Part shown: one piece after another, positions 1 through 10,394 of the stretch | How positions within the stretch are numbered: position 1 is the stretch's first letter | How the letters are laid out: each line of letters opens with the position of its first letter | Source of the DNA: an uncultured delta proteobacterium | Lineage (GTDB): Bacteria > Myxococcota > Myxococcia > Myxococcales > Myxococcaceae | Assembly: GCA_963776345.1 (NCBI GenBank) | Contig: CAVZMH010000003.1 | Coordinates: 153,271-217,270 of the forward strand | DNA length: 64,000 bases | Direction: 5' to 3' | Notes under the pieces: model-generated | The model's input: only the letters and a program-made list of their open reading frames with translations | Told to the model about the DNA's origin: nothing | Database searches by the model: none | Position numbers and translations under genes: made by a program

Positions 1-42
1 GCCCACCACGCCGCCGCCGGCGACGAGGACGTCCCAGCTCAC
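1..42 (-). CDS. FAD-dependent oxidoreductase, N-terminus only (runs off window)
   Basis: GTG at 42 overlaps the VOC stop (GTGA); translates (M)SWDVLVAGGGVVG, a Rossmann GxGxxG motif. Confidence 0.7.
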   Translation of the reverse strand, partial: MSWDVLVAGGGVVG

Positions 43-455
43 CGCGCGTAGACCGCGTCGGGGTTCCGGAACGTCTTCAGCTCCAGCGCATTCCCGCTCG
101 GGTCCAGGAGGAACATGGTGGCCTGCTCCTCCGGCTTGCCCCGGTACCGCACCGATGGCGGGACGACGAACCGCACCCCGGCGGATTCGAGCCGGCGGGC
201 GAGCGCGTCGAAGTCGTCCCACGGGAGCAGCGCGCCGGCATGGGGGATGGGGACCTCGACGCCGTCCACGTGCCCGAACGCGCCCGGGGGCGATGGCTTA
301 CCGAGGTGGGCGGAGATCTGGTTGCCGAAGAAGTCGAAGTCCACCCAGGTCTCCGTCGAGCGGCCCTCGGTGCAGCCGAGCAGCCCCCCGTAGAAGGCGC
401 GGGTGGAGGCGAGGTCCTTCACCGGAAAGGCAAAGTGAAAGGGCAGGTGGCTCAC
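39..455 (-). CDS. VOC/glyoxalase-family protein
   Basis: FHFAFPVKDLASTRAFYGGLLGC..W.DFDFFGNQISAH..QATMFLLDPSGNALELK; start trimmed to GTG 455. Confidence 0.9.
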   Translation of the reverse strand: MSHLPFHFAFPVKDLASTRAFYGGLLGCTEGRSTETWVDFDFFGNQISAHLGKPSPPGAFGHVDGVEVPIPHAGALLPWDDFDALARRLESAGVRFVVPPSVRYRGKPEEQATMFLLDPSGNALELKTFRNPDAVYAR

Positions 456-576
456 CGGACCTCGAGCAAAGCGCTGCCCCCCGCCGCGCGCAATCCCGGC
501 CCCCGGGGCACGCGGTCGCCCGGGGCCGGCGGCGCTCGAAAGGAGGAGCAGGTCCAGCCCGGGGGAGAGCGCCCCG

Positions 577-1212
577 TCAGCTCCCGTCGGCGGGCTCACG
601 GCGGGCGAGGAGCCCCAGCCGGACGTGCTCCTCGCGCTCCCGCTCGTCGAGCGCCGAGCGGACGCGCGCCGCCTGACGCCGCAGGCCGGGCGCGACCCGG
701 CGCTCCAGACGGTTCACCTGGCGGGTCGTCTGGGCGAGCGCCTCCCCGAGCCGCCGGAGCAGCATCTCGCGAGGCGCGGCGCGGACCAAGAGGTCGGTGA
801 GCCGCTCGAATGCCTCGGCCGCCTCCACCGCCGCCGGCACCGGCCCCGGGGGGAGCCCGCGCGCGGCGAGGGTGCGGACGATGGGCCCGGCGGCCTCGAG
901 GTCCGCCACCGGCACCCCCCAGACCACCCGCGCCGTCACCCGCACCGCCAGCTCACGCGAGGGCCAGGCCAGGCCGGTCAGCGCCCCGGCGCCCTCGGCG
1001 GCCAGCGCATCGAGGTACACCGGCCACGCCGCGCGGGCCTGGGCGTCGATCTGCTCGCGGGTGTCCAGCGCCGAGCGCGCCAGCGAGAACAGCTCGGCCA
1101 CCAGCGCCTCGCGCTTCCTGCGGAGGAGCGACGTGCCTCGATCCAGGCGCTCGAGCCGCCGCTGCGCCCGGAGGAGCCCGAGCCGCGTCGCCGGCAGCCG
1201 GACCTCGCTCAC
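577..1212 (-). CDS. ntpD: V-type ATP synthase subunit D
   Basis: PATR..L..GTSLLRRKREAL and TTRQVNRLE..LDEREREE; GTG overlaps the subunit B stop. Confidence 0.9.
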   Translation of the reverse strand: MSEVRLPATRLGLLRAQRRLERLDRGTSLLRRKREALVAELFSLARSALDTREQIDAQARAAWPVYLDALAAEGAGALTGLAWPSRELAVRVTARVVWGVPVADLEAAGPIVRTLAARGLPPGPVPAAVEAAEAFERLTDLLVRAAPREMLLRRLGEALAQTTRQVNRLERRVAPGLRRQAARVRSALDEREREEHVRLGLLARREPADGS

Positions 1213-2591
1213 CGCCGCGCTCCTCCGCCGAAGCGGCGCTCCCACGTGGCCTCGCGGATGCGCACCAGGTCCTCGCGGGGGAACCCCTCCATCAGCGACC
1301 AGCCCACCTCCAGCGTCTCGGACAAGGTGCGACGGGCGCGGCCCTGGCCGACCAGCGTGTGCTCGAACCGGTCCACGAAGGCCAGCGCCCGGCGGTCCGC
1401 GGGGAGCAGCCCGGTCTCGCCGACGATGGTGGCCATCAGCCGCGCCTCGGTGCCCCTGGCGTACAGCGCGTAGAGCTGGTCCGCCCACTCGCGGTGCTCC
1501 GGCGCGCTCCGGCCCTCGCCGATCCCGGCGTTCATCAGCCGCGACAGCGAGGGCAGCACGTCGATGGGCGGAAAGACGCCCCGGCGGTGGAGGTCGCGGC
1601 CCAGCACCACCTGGCCCTCGGTGATGTAGCCGGTGAGGTCGGGGATGGGGTGGGTGAGGTCGTCGTCCGGCATGGTGAGCACCGGGAGCTGGGTCACCGA
1701 GCCGCTCCGCCCACGGACCAGCCCTGCGCGCTCGAAGAGCGAGGCCAGGTCGGTGTACATGTAGCCCGGATAGCCGCGCCGGCCCGGAATCTCCTGCCGC
1801 GCGGTGGCCAGCTCCCGCAGCGCCTCGCAGTAGCTGGTGATGTCGGCCATCACCACCAGCACGTGCAGCCCGTGCTCGTAGGCCAGGAACTCGGCCTCGG
1901 CCAGCGCCACTCGCGGCGCGAGCAGCCGCTCGATGGTCGGGTCACGGGCCTCGTTGAGGAACACCACGCTGCGCTCCAGCGCGCCGCTGGACTCGAACCG
2001 CTCCAGGAACTCGCCCGCCTCGCGCGAGGTGATGCCGATCCCGACGAAGACCACCGCGAAGGGCTCGCCCTTGGGCGCGCGGGCCCACTCCACGATGCGC
2101 GCCGCCAGCTCCAGCGCCGGCAGCCCCGGGCCGGAGAAGATGGGCAGCTTCTGCCCGCGGACCAGGGTGTTCATCCCGTCGATGGCCGAGACGCCGGTCT
2201 CGATGAGCTCCTTGGGCGGCAGCCGCGCGGCGGGGTTCAAGGGAGCGCCCCCGAGCGGCCGGAGCGCCTCGCCCACCGGCGGCGGCAGCCCGTCGAGCGG
2301 AGCTCCGAGCCCGCTGAACACCCGGCCCAGGAGCTCGCGGCCCACCACCGCCCGCGCCACGTCCCCCTTGAAGTCGAGCCGGGCGCGCCCGGGCACGAGC
2401 CCCAGGCCTTCCTCGAGCAGCTGGAGCACCGTGTGCCGCTCGCCGGCGTCGATGACCTGAGCCTGCCAGCGGCGGCCCTCGAGCACGATCTCCACCTGCT
2501 CGCTGAGCGCGACGCGCCGGACGTGCTCCACGAAGATCAGCGGCCCGCGGATGCCGGTGGCGCCGGCCACGGTGCGCGGGAGCGCGCTCAT
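1209..2591 (-). CDS. ntpB: V-type ATP synthase subunit B
   Basis: [45 protein letters not shown]. Confidence 0.97.
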   Translation of the reverse strand: MSALPRTVAGATGIRGPLIFVEHVRRVALSEQVEIVLEGRRWQAQVIDAGERHTVLQLLEEGLGLVPGRARLDFKGDVARAVVGRELLGRVFSGLGAPLDGLPPPVGEALRPLGGAPLNPAARLPPKELIETGVSAIDGMNTLVRGQKLPIFSGPGLPALELAARIVEWARAPKGEPFAVVFVGIGITSREAGEFLERFESSGALERSVVFLNEARDPTIERLLAPRVALAEAEFLAYEHGLHVLVVMADITSYCEALRELATARQEIPGRRGYPGYMYTDLASLFERAGLVRGRSGSVTQLPVLTMPDDDLTHPIPDLTGYITEGQVVLGRDLHRRGVFPPIDVLPSLSRLMNAGIGEGRSAPEHREWADQLYALYARGTEARLMATIVGETGLLPADRRALAFVDRFEHTLVGQGRARRTLSETLEVGWSLMEGFPREDLVRIREATWERRFGGGARR

Positions 2592-4338
2592 CGCGAGGTC
2601 TCTCCTGGTGGCGAGAGCCGGTCCAGCGCGGCCGCGGCCTCGGCGGCCCTGGCGGAAAGCTCGTCCGGCCCGCCGTCGCGGAGGGCGACCAGCGCGCGGC
2701 GGAGCGGGCCCAGGTCCAGCTCGGAGAGCGCGGTTCCGGCCTGCAGGCGCGGGAGCACCCGGTCCGCGACGCCGCAGGCCAGCGACGCCAGCTGGAAGGT
2801 CTTCTGGGGCGTCGAGCGCGCGTCGTTGGGATGGTAAGCGCTCTGGCCGAGCACCACCTCGCGGAGGAGCTGGGCCACCGCGAGCACCAGCCGGTCCGGG
2901 TCCTGGAGCGCCTCGGGGCCGATGAGGCCGGCGATCTCCCGGAGCTCCCGGTCGCGCTGGAGCAGCTCGAGGGTCCGCGCGCGGACCGCCGCCCAGCGGC
3001 CGTCCACCGCCTCGGCGAACCACGGCGTGGTGTGCTCGGCGTGCAGGCTGTAGCTGGTGGCCCAGTCCACGGCCGGGAACTGGCGCTGGTGGGCCAGCTC
3101 GGCGTCGAGCGCCCAGAGCGTGCCTGCGACCCGCAGCTGGCCTGGCTCACCGGCTCGGAGAGGTCCCCGCCCGGGGGGGACACCGCGCTGATGAGCGTCA
3201 GCGCCCCCTCGCGCTCGGGCCGTCCGGCCGGCTTCACCCGTCCGGCGCGCTCGTAGAACTTCGCCAGGCGGCTCGCGAGGTAGGTGGGGTAGCCCTCCTC
3301 GCCGGGCATCTCCTGCAACCGGGCGCCGATCTCCCGGAGCGCCTCCGCCCAGCGGGAGAGGCTGTCCGCCATCAGCGCGACGCGCAGCCCGAGGTCCCGG
3401 AAGTACTCGGCGATGGTGACACCCAGGTACACCGAGGCCTCGCGGGCGGCGACCGGCATGTTGGAGGTGTTCACCACCATCACCGTGCGGTCCATGATCG
3501 ACCGGCCGGTGCGCGGGTCGCTCAGCCTCGGGAACTCGGAGAGCACCTCGGCCATCTCGTTCCCGCGCTCGCCGCACCCGACGTAGACCACCACGTCGGC
3601 GTCGCCGTGCTTGGCCAGCGACTGCTCGATGACCGTCTTCCCCGTGCCGAAGCCGCCTGGAACGGCCACCGTCCCGCCCTCGGCGACGGGGAAGAGGAGG
3701 TCGAGGATGCGCTGGCCGGTCAGGAACGGCCGCCCGAGCGGCAGCCGCCCGCCGACCGGACGGGGTCGGCGCACGGGCCAGGGGTGCGAGAGGCGGAGCG
3801 GCGTGCCGTCCTCGAGCGTTCCGAACGGCTGGTCCACGGTGAAGTCGCCGCCTCCCAGCGAGCGGACGGTGCCTTCGACTCCGGGCGGCACGAGGATGCG
3901 GTGCGCGAAGCCGGGGCGCTCCTCCACGGAGCCGAGCACGTCGCCGCCCCGGACCCGGGCGCCCGCCTCGACCGCCGGGACGAAGCGCCAGCTCCTCGCC
4001 GGGTCGAGCATGCGCAGCTCACGGCCGGGGGGGACGAAGGGCCCGGTCTCGGCGGCGAGCACGTCCAGGGGGCGCCCGAGCCCATCGAGGATGGACCCGA
4101 GCAGCCCGGGACCAAGCTCGGCCTGCAGGGTGCCCCCGGTCGTGGTCACCGGCTCTCCCACCGCCAGCCCGGTCGTGTCCTCGTAGACCTGGAGGACCGC
4201 GACCTCGCCCGCGAGGCCAATCACCTCGGCGAGGAGCCTGGCCTCGCCCACGTGGGCCAGCTCGTACAGCGCCACCCCGGACGCCGGCGCGGCCTCGACC
4301 AGCGAGCCGTTCACCCTCAGGACGCGCAGGGGACTCAT
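2588..4338 (-). CDS. ntpA: V-type ATP synthase subunit A, with one frameshift near 3136
   Basis: Walker [26 protein letters not shown]; after SEPVSQA the protein continues in another frame ([25 protein letters not shown]); adding one C restores it. Confidence 0.93.
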
Positions 4339-4664
4339 CGCAGCCGCACCTGGTAGCCGATGGCCCGGCGGAGGAGCTCCACGATGACCTGGTCCGCGGC
4401 AGCGTGCTCGACCCAGCTCGGCGCGGGGACCGGCACCACCAGCGGGACGGGCCGGGCGGACAGGCGCCGCTGCAGCTCGGGGTCGAGGCCGTCGTACAGA
4501 GGCCCCTCGATGAGCACCAGGCCGACCCGGGCGTCGGACAGGAGCGCCGTCAACCGCCGGCCCGCATCCTGGGCGTCCGCCACCGCCAGCGGACGGAAGC
4601 CCGCCAGGGCGAAGGCCGGCGCCACCTCGGGCCGGCTGATGAGCGCCACCCGGAGCTCGCTCAT
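4335..4664 (-). CDS. ntpF: V-type ATP synthase subunit F
   Basis: [31 protein letters not shown]; operon position. Confidence 0.85.
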   Translation of the reverse strand: MSELRVALISRPEVAPAFALAGFRPLAVADAQDAGRRLTALLSDARVGLVLIEGPLYDGLDPELQRRLSARPVPLVVPVPAPSWVEHAAADQVIVELLRRAIGYQVRLR

Positions 4665-5666
4665 CTCGGCCCCCGTCGCGCCGGTGGGGGCGCTCCCAGC
4701 GCCACCGCCCAGACGAGCCGCTGGAGCGCCTGGACCTCGTCGCGGACCCCGAGCACGTAGGCGATGAGCGGCGCCGAGCTCAGCGGCGCGGTGCGAGCGC
4801 GGGCCCGCGCGATGCCCAGCGCCGCCGCCCAGGCGCGCGCCCGTGCGAGCGCGGCCCCTCCCGCGCCGGAGAAGGCGCGCTCGAACGGCGAGCCGGCGAA
4901 GCCCTCGCGGGCCAGCGCCAGCGCCGCCGCGACCGAGCCCGCAGCGGCGATGGTCTTCCACCGCGCGAGCGGGAACCGCACCCCGCCGGGGACGGGCTCG
5001 AGCTCCGGGCGGTCGCCGGTGCTGCCGGCCAGCATCACCGCGGTGAGCGTGTTCTCGAGGTCGATGGTCGCGGCGACGTACCGGCGGAGCTCGGCATCCA
5101 CCCGGCCGGCTGCCGCGGTGGCGCGCGACGCCCAGGAGCGGGTGAGCGCCGAGTCCAGCGCGAGCAGATCCGGTGGTCCGGGCGCCCGGGGGGTGGCGAG
5201 CGCGTCGGCGTCGGGGTGACGCCAGGCGGCGAGAAGTGCCGCCATCGCCGGGACCGTGGTCTGGGCCGCCAGGGTGGCCAGGGCGCCGGTGGGCAGGGTC
5301 GGGGTGGGCAGCGTCCCCCGGAGGCGGTCCGCCGGCGCGGCGCCCTCGACCACGCCGTGGAGCAACAGCCGCAGGTCGCGCCGGTCCTCCTCTCCGAGCA
5401 GCACGGTGAGGACGTCCGGCAGCGTCCGCGCACCAGCGGGCGAGCGCCAGGAGCCGCGCTCCGGCCCGGCGGCGGATGGCGGCCTCCAGCGCCTCGGCGG
5501 TGGGAGCGCCTGGACCGGCCAGGACGAGCGGGTCTGGCCCCGTGCGGAGCCGCTCGGCCACCACGGCGAGGTCCGGCGCGGCCCGCAGCTCGTCCCAGGC
5601 GGCGGGCAGGAGCAGGTGCGTGGACAGCCCGCGCGCACGGGCGATGCCGGCGTCCAGGGCGCTCAT
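4661..5666 (-). CDS. ntpC: V-type ATP synthase subunit C (V0 d/AC39), with a frameshift near 5425
   Basis: [12 protein letters not shown]-terminus, then [24 protein letters not shown] in a second frame; operon position. Confidence 0.8.
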
Positions 5667-6244
5667 CCCGTCGCCTCCAGCGCCGGCCCGAGCGCGATGG
5701 CCAGCGCGGGTCGCTCCAGCGCCAGCCGGACCGGGAGGGTGAGGTCGACCGTGAGCCGGCCCTCGTCGGCAGTGCAGTGCAGGCCTGCCACCACCTCGGG
5801 CGAGGGGACCACGGTCAGCGCCGAGCCAGAGGTCCAGCCGCGCACCCGGTCCGCATCGTCCGGCGCGCAGCGCAGCGTGCCGGGGTCGGCTCCCAGCAAC
5901 TCGCGGAGACGCCCGATGGTGGTCTCCAGCGCCTGCGCGTACTCGGGCCAGCCCAGGACTCCGGGAGCGCGCGCCCGCGCGGCCTCGAACACCCGGTCGA
6001 GGAGCGCCGCCCGTGCACGCAGCAGACGCGCGGCGGCCTCGCGCCGCAGCGCCACCCGCCTCCGCTCCGAGGCCTGACGGAGCCGGGCGCGCTCGCCATC
6101 GAGGATGCGCCTGAGCTTCTCGTCGGCCTCGGCGCGCGCGGTGGAGCGGATGGCCTCCGCCTCGCCGCGGGCGGCGGACAGCAGCCCGGCGACCTCCTCC
6201 TCGTTCGAGCGCTCCAGCGCCTCGAGCAGGTCCGGCAGGGGCAA
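5663..6244 (-). CDS. ntpE: V-type ATP synthase subunit E
   Basis: N-terminal A/R/E-rich coiled coil, C-terminal G....DEGRLTVDLTL..RL; operon position. Confidence 0.8.
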   Translation of the reverse strand: MPLPDLLEALERSNEEEVAGLLSAARGEAEAIRSTARAEADEKLRRILDGERARLRQASERRRVALRREAAARLLRARAALLDRVFEAARARAPGVLGWPEYAQALETTIGRLRELLGADPGTLRCAPDDADRVRGWTSGSALTVVPSPEVVAGLHCTADEGRLTVDLTLPVRLALERPALAIALGPALEATG

Positions 6245-6246
6245 GA

Positions 6247-6468
6247 TCAGCCCCCGGCGCGGAGCATGATGAACATCGCCACCACGAAGCCGAGGATGGA
6301 CATCGTCTCCGGGATGGCGAGCATCACGATGACCGTGGTGCTCAGCTCGGGCTTCTCCGCGAGGCTCGCCGCGGCCGCCGGACCGATGCGCGACTGTGCC
6401 CAGGCGGTTGCCAGGGCGGGGACGGCGATGGCCGCCGCGGCGCTGAGGGTGATCCAGAAGATCTGCAT
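6247..6468 (-). CDS. ntpK: V-type ATP synthase proteolipid subunit K/c (73 aa)
   Basis: AWAQSRIG...AEKPE...LAIPETMSILGF; single hairpin with the conserved Glu. Confidence 0.92.
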   Translation of the reverse strand: MQIFWITLSAAAAIAVPALATAWAQSRIGPAAAASLAEKPELSTTVIVMLAIPETMSILGFVVAMFIMLRAGG

Positions 6469-8349
6469 CAGTGCGTCCTCCAGTGGGTGAATGGGCGGTA
6501 CCGCACCCCTCCCGGGCTGTAGAAGCGCCCGAAGAACTCGACGTAGTGCAGACGGAGCGCGTGGACGGTGGGGCTGAAGAGCCCGAGCGCGAAGTTCACC
6601 AGGTGGAAGAGCAGGGCGAAGATGGCGCCCACCACCACGCTGCCCATCGCCCCGGCGAGCCGGTTGGCGATGACGGCCAGCATCACCGACGCGGTCCCCA
6701 GGGCCATGATGCGGGCGTAGGAGAGGATGTTGCCCATCGTCGCCAGCAGCTCCACCGGCGCCACGATGCCCTCGGCGATGACCAGCACCGGGAACGCCAC
6801 CAGGAGCGCCACCACCGCCGGGGTGAGGAGCTGGGCGGGCAGGCGGTCCAGCGCGGCCAGCAGCGCGACGATCACCAGGAGGATCATCACCGCCGACAGC
6901 CCGCGCCCGAGCGCCTGCCGCTTGTGCGCGTGGAAGGCGTTGATGACGCCGAGCACCAGCCCCAGGAGCACGTGCACCCCGCCGATGCCGACGCACAGCA
7001 CCAGGAAGGAGACGATGTCCTTCGGCTCCTCGCGGTCCAGCAGCAGCGGGTGGAGCCCGAACACACCTGCGCCCCGCGTCGCCGAAGAACTCGCCGAAGA
7101 GGACGCCGAAGATGATGGTGAAGACCGCGCAGACCAGGGCGATCTGCGCGACCGCATGGAGCGGCGTCCCCGGCCGCGAGCGCCGATGCAGGAAGACCCC
7201 CAGCCCGAGCATCGCCAGCCCGTAGCCGATGTCGCCGAGCATCAGGCCGAAGAACACCGGGAAGAACACCGCCACGAAGGGCGTCGGGTCGATGCTCCCG
7301 TATGTCGGGAGCGGGAGCATCTCCACCAGCAGCTGGAACGGACGGAAGAGCCGCGGGTTCTGGAGCACCACCGGGGCGCCGACGTCCGGGGCGGCCGGGA
7401 GCTCCTCCACGGTGATCTCCGGGCCGATCCGCTCGCGCAGCGCCTCGCCGAGCGCCGGCAGGTCCGGCGCGGGCACCCACCCCTCGAGGACGAACGCGGT
7501 GCGAGTCGAGGCGGCGAGCCCCACCGCCTCCAGGCGAGAGATGGCGTCCTGCGCAGTGGCGAGCATCAGTGGGAGCACCTCGGCCGCTGCGGCGGCCTGG
7601 GCCTTCCTCTCCGACTCGACCTCGTCGAGCAGCGCCGGCAGCGCCTCGAGCCGCACCCGCATCCTCGGAAGGGCCTCGACCGCCGTGGCACGCTCGTAGC
7701 CGGCGGGCAGCGGGACCTCCTGCACGCCGCTCTCGGTGAGGAGCCGCTCCACCCGGCCCGTTCGCGGCAGCGGGACCAGGAGGAGCAACGCGGTGTCCCC
7801 GGCCGAGAGGGTGCGGGTGCGCAGCTCGAACGCAGAGTCGAGCACCTCGGCGAGCGCCTGGCGGAGCGGCTCCACCACTGCGGCCTGCCCCGGCCGGAGG
7901 ACGACGTGGTACGCGCGCACCGCCGCCGGGATGCCGTCCGCCGCGAACAGCCCGGCGAAGGCGTTCAGCATCTCGCGGTACTTGCCGAGCAGCGCCTGCT
8001 CCTCCTCGAGGCGCTGCCGGCGGTCCCGGAGCTGCTCCGCGCTCTGACGCAGCCGGCGCGCCTGGCGGGCCCAGCTGGCCCACGGCGCCGGGTCGGGCGC
8101 GGCCTGGGTCGCCACCGCCGGCGCGAGCGGGAGCGCGAGGAGCGACCGCGCGGTCTCGGCGTCCGCGACCAGCGTCCGGAGCTGCCGGACCAGGCGCTGC
8201 TCGCGTCGGGTGGTGGGAGACGGGTTGAGCGCCGGCAAGCGCGGCGGCGTGCCGAGGTGCATCGACCCCAGGTCCTGCAGGACACGCAGCGTGCGCTCCA
8301 GCTCGCGCCGCGGCCCCATCACCCGGACGCGGCGCATGGTGCGGATCAC
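6468..8349 (-). CDS. ntpI: V-type ATP synthase subunit I/a, with a frameshift near 7065
   Basis: IDPTPF..FFG.MLGDIGYG, GEFFG, then GNILSYARIMALG..HALRLHYVEFFGRFY in a second frame. Confidence 0.92.
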
Positions 8350-8666
8350 GTCCGGCCTCCCGAGAGCAGGGTCCGGAGGACCTGGTCGGCGAGCGCCGCG
8401 ACGCGGGCGCCGCCCACGGCGGACAGCCGCTCCACCTGGGCGGCGGTCTCGGCCTCGAGGCGGGCCAGCTCCGTCGCCTGCGCCCGCTCCTCCTCCTCGG
8501 CAAGGGCCTGCCGCGCCCGCGTCAGCTCCGCGGCCGAATCGCTGGCCTGGGCCTGGGCGTCAACCCGGGCCGCCTCCACGAGCGCACGGGCCTCACGCCG
8601 CGCAGCGTCGACGCGCGCGGTGAACGCCTGCTCCGCCTCGAGGAGCCGTCCGAGGTCCGCTCCCAT
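8346..8666 (-). CDS. V-type ATPase peripheral stalk subunit G/H
   Basis: 106 aa A/E/R coiled coil; first gene of the operon. Confidence 0.7.
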   Translation of the reverse strand: MGADLGRLLEAEQAFTARVDAARREARALVEAARVDAQAQASDSAAELTRARQALAEEEERAQATELARLEAETAAQVERLSAVGGARVAALADQVLRTLLSGGRT

Positions 8667-8678
8667 GCTCCACGGGAG

Positions 8679-8694
8679 TGCAACGGCTGGACCC
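8679..8694 (-). promoter_or_regulatory. Candidate sigma54 -24/-12 promoter of the V-ATPase operon
   Basis: Minus strand GGGTCCAGCCGTTGCA = GG-N10-GC with TTGC. Confidence 0.5.
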
Positions 8695-9142
8695 TTGCAT
8701 TGCGAGAGGGCGCTTTCCCAGCGCCTGGTCCTCGGCCCCGCAGTGGATGCGTGCCCCGGGGGGTGCGCGCAATTCCTGCACTTGCGGGCCCGCCGGACCG
8801 GCCGGCGCGGTCCTCATCGAGGGTGACTCGCCGCGCCGGTCGGTCATGGATCGGGCGCTCAGCGCGACGAGGTCAGCGTGACGCCGAAGGAGCCGAGCTC
8901 GTCTCGAGGCCCGGACCCATCACGCCCGGCCCCGGCCCCGGAGCGGCCCTTCGCGAGGGGGAGCGTCGGTCCCGCGTCGTCTGGATCCGGTGACGGATAC
9001 GCAACCAGCTCGCAAGTACATCGTCGAACCCCCGGTTGGCGCCGAGGCGCCGGTCGGGGTGGGTGTCTCACGATATCTGACAACGTAAACGAGGGTCGCA
9101 TTGAGCACCGGATCGATCGAACGAAGCTCCCACCTGACGAAG

Positions 9143-9325
9143 GTGGTTCCTTTCCCCCGCCGCCGGCGCCTGCTGCCGAGGGCGGTGCTGCTCCTGCTCG
9201 GCTATGCCGGCGGGGTCTGGCTGCTGGTCCGCGACTACGTGGTCCAGAGCCGATCCGCCGAGGTGAGTCTGGCCGCGGGCCAGACCTCGCCGGAGGCGTC
9301 GCAAGAGCTGGCTGTCGAGCCCTGA
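9143..9325 (+). CDS. Small hypothetical single-TM protein
   Basis: RRRR followed by a hydrophobic helix AVLLLLGYAGGVWLLV. Confidence 0.35.
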   Translation: MVPFPRRRRLLPRAVLLLLGYAGGVWLLVRDYVVQSRSAEVSLAAGQTSPEASQELAVEP

Positions 9326-9460
9326 GTCCGCGAGTCGGCCGACGCTGTCCCCTCGCGGGCCCTTCCCCGGGGACCGCGAGGGGTGGGTCCTGCACCTGGT
9401 GACATCGTCGCAGACCGCTTGCCTGACGAGCCCGGCGTTGAGTATCAGCCCCGGTTCTCC

Positions 9461-10394
9461 ATGCCTGGCCTGGCGATCGAGGTGGAGCGGCTGGTCAAGC
9501 GCTTCGGCGACCTGGTCGCCGTGGACGGCATCGACCTCTCGGTGCCGGCCGGGACCTGCCTCGGTCTGCTCGGGCCGAACGGGGCGGGGAAGACCACCAC
9601 GGTGGAGATCCTCGAGGGCCTCCAGCGGCCCACCTCCGGGACCGTTCGGGTCCTCGGACGCTCGTGGGACGACGACCCGGACGCCATCCGGGCTCGCATC
9701 GGGGTGAGCCTTCAAGAGACGCGCTTCCACGAGAAGCTCACCGTGGAGGAGACCCTCACCCTGTTCCGCAGCTTCTACCCGCGCGGGCTGGCGGTGGAGG
9801 CGGCGCTCGGCCCAGGTGGCGCTGGAGGACAAGCGCCGGGCGCGGGTGGGCACGCTCTCCGGCGGCCAGAAGCAGCGGCTGGCGCTCGCCGTGGGCCTGG
9901 TCGGCGACCCCGAGCTGCTCTTCCTCGACGAGCCCACCACCGGGCTCGACCCGGTGAGCCGCCGGGGGCTGTGGACCATCATCGAGGGGCTCAAGGGCCG
10001 CGGCCGCACCGTGGTGCTGACCACGCACTACATGGAGGAGGCCGCCGTGCTCTGCGACGACATCGTCATCGTGGACCACGGGAGGGTCGTGGCCCGCGGC
10101 AGCCCCGAGGCGCTGGTGCACTCGCTGGGGGGCGAGCAGCTGATCGAGTTCGTGGCCCGGCCGTCGCTCCCTCCCGAGGCGCTCGAGCGGGTGCCCGGGC
10201 TCAGCGGCCGGCGGCAGCGGGGCGAGACGGTGTCGCTCTCGGTCCAGGCGCTGCACGAGGCCGTTCCGGCGCTGCTGCGCCTCGCCGACGAGCAGCGGAG
10301 CGAGCTGGTCCGGCTGTCCACGCGCGCGGCCACGCTCGACGACGTCTTCCTCGCGCTCACCGGGCGGACGCTGGCCGAGGCGGAGGAAGCATGA
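9461..10394 (+). CDS. ABC transporter ATP-binding protein (ABC-2/DrrA-like), with a frameshift near 9810
   Basis: Walker A GPNGAGKT in one frame; LSGGQ, LDEPTTGLD and TTHYMEEA in the next. Confidence 0.92.

Noticed and set aside
4335..5666. Subunit C-F fusion (443 aa ORF)
   Set aside because: Artefact of the frameshift near 5425
6247..8349. Subunit I-K fusion (700 aa ORF)
   Set aside because: Artefact of the frameshift near 7065; K has its own ATG overlapping the I stop
2588..9820. Programmed ribosomal frameshifting
   Set aside because: No slippery heptamers, and indel directions are inconsistent
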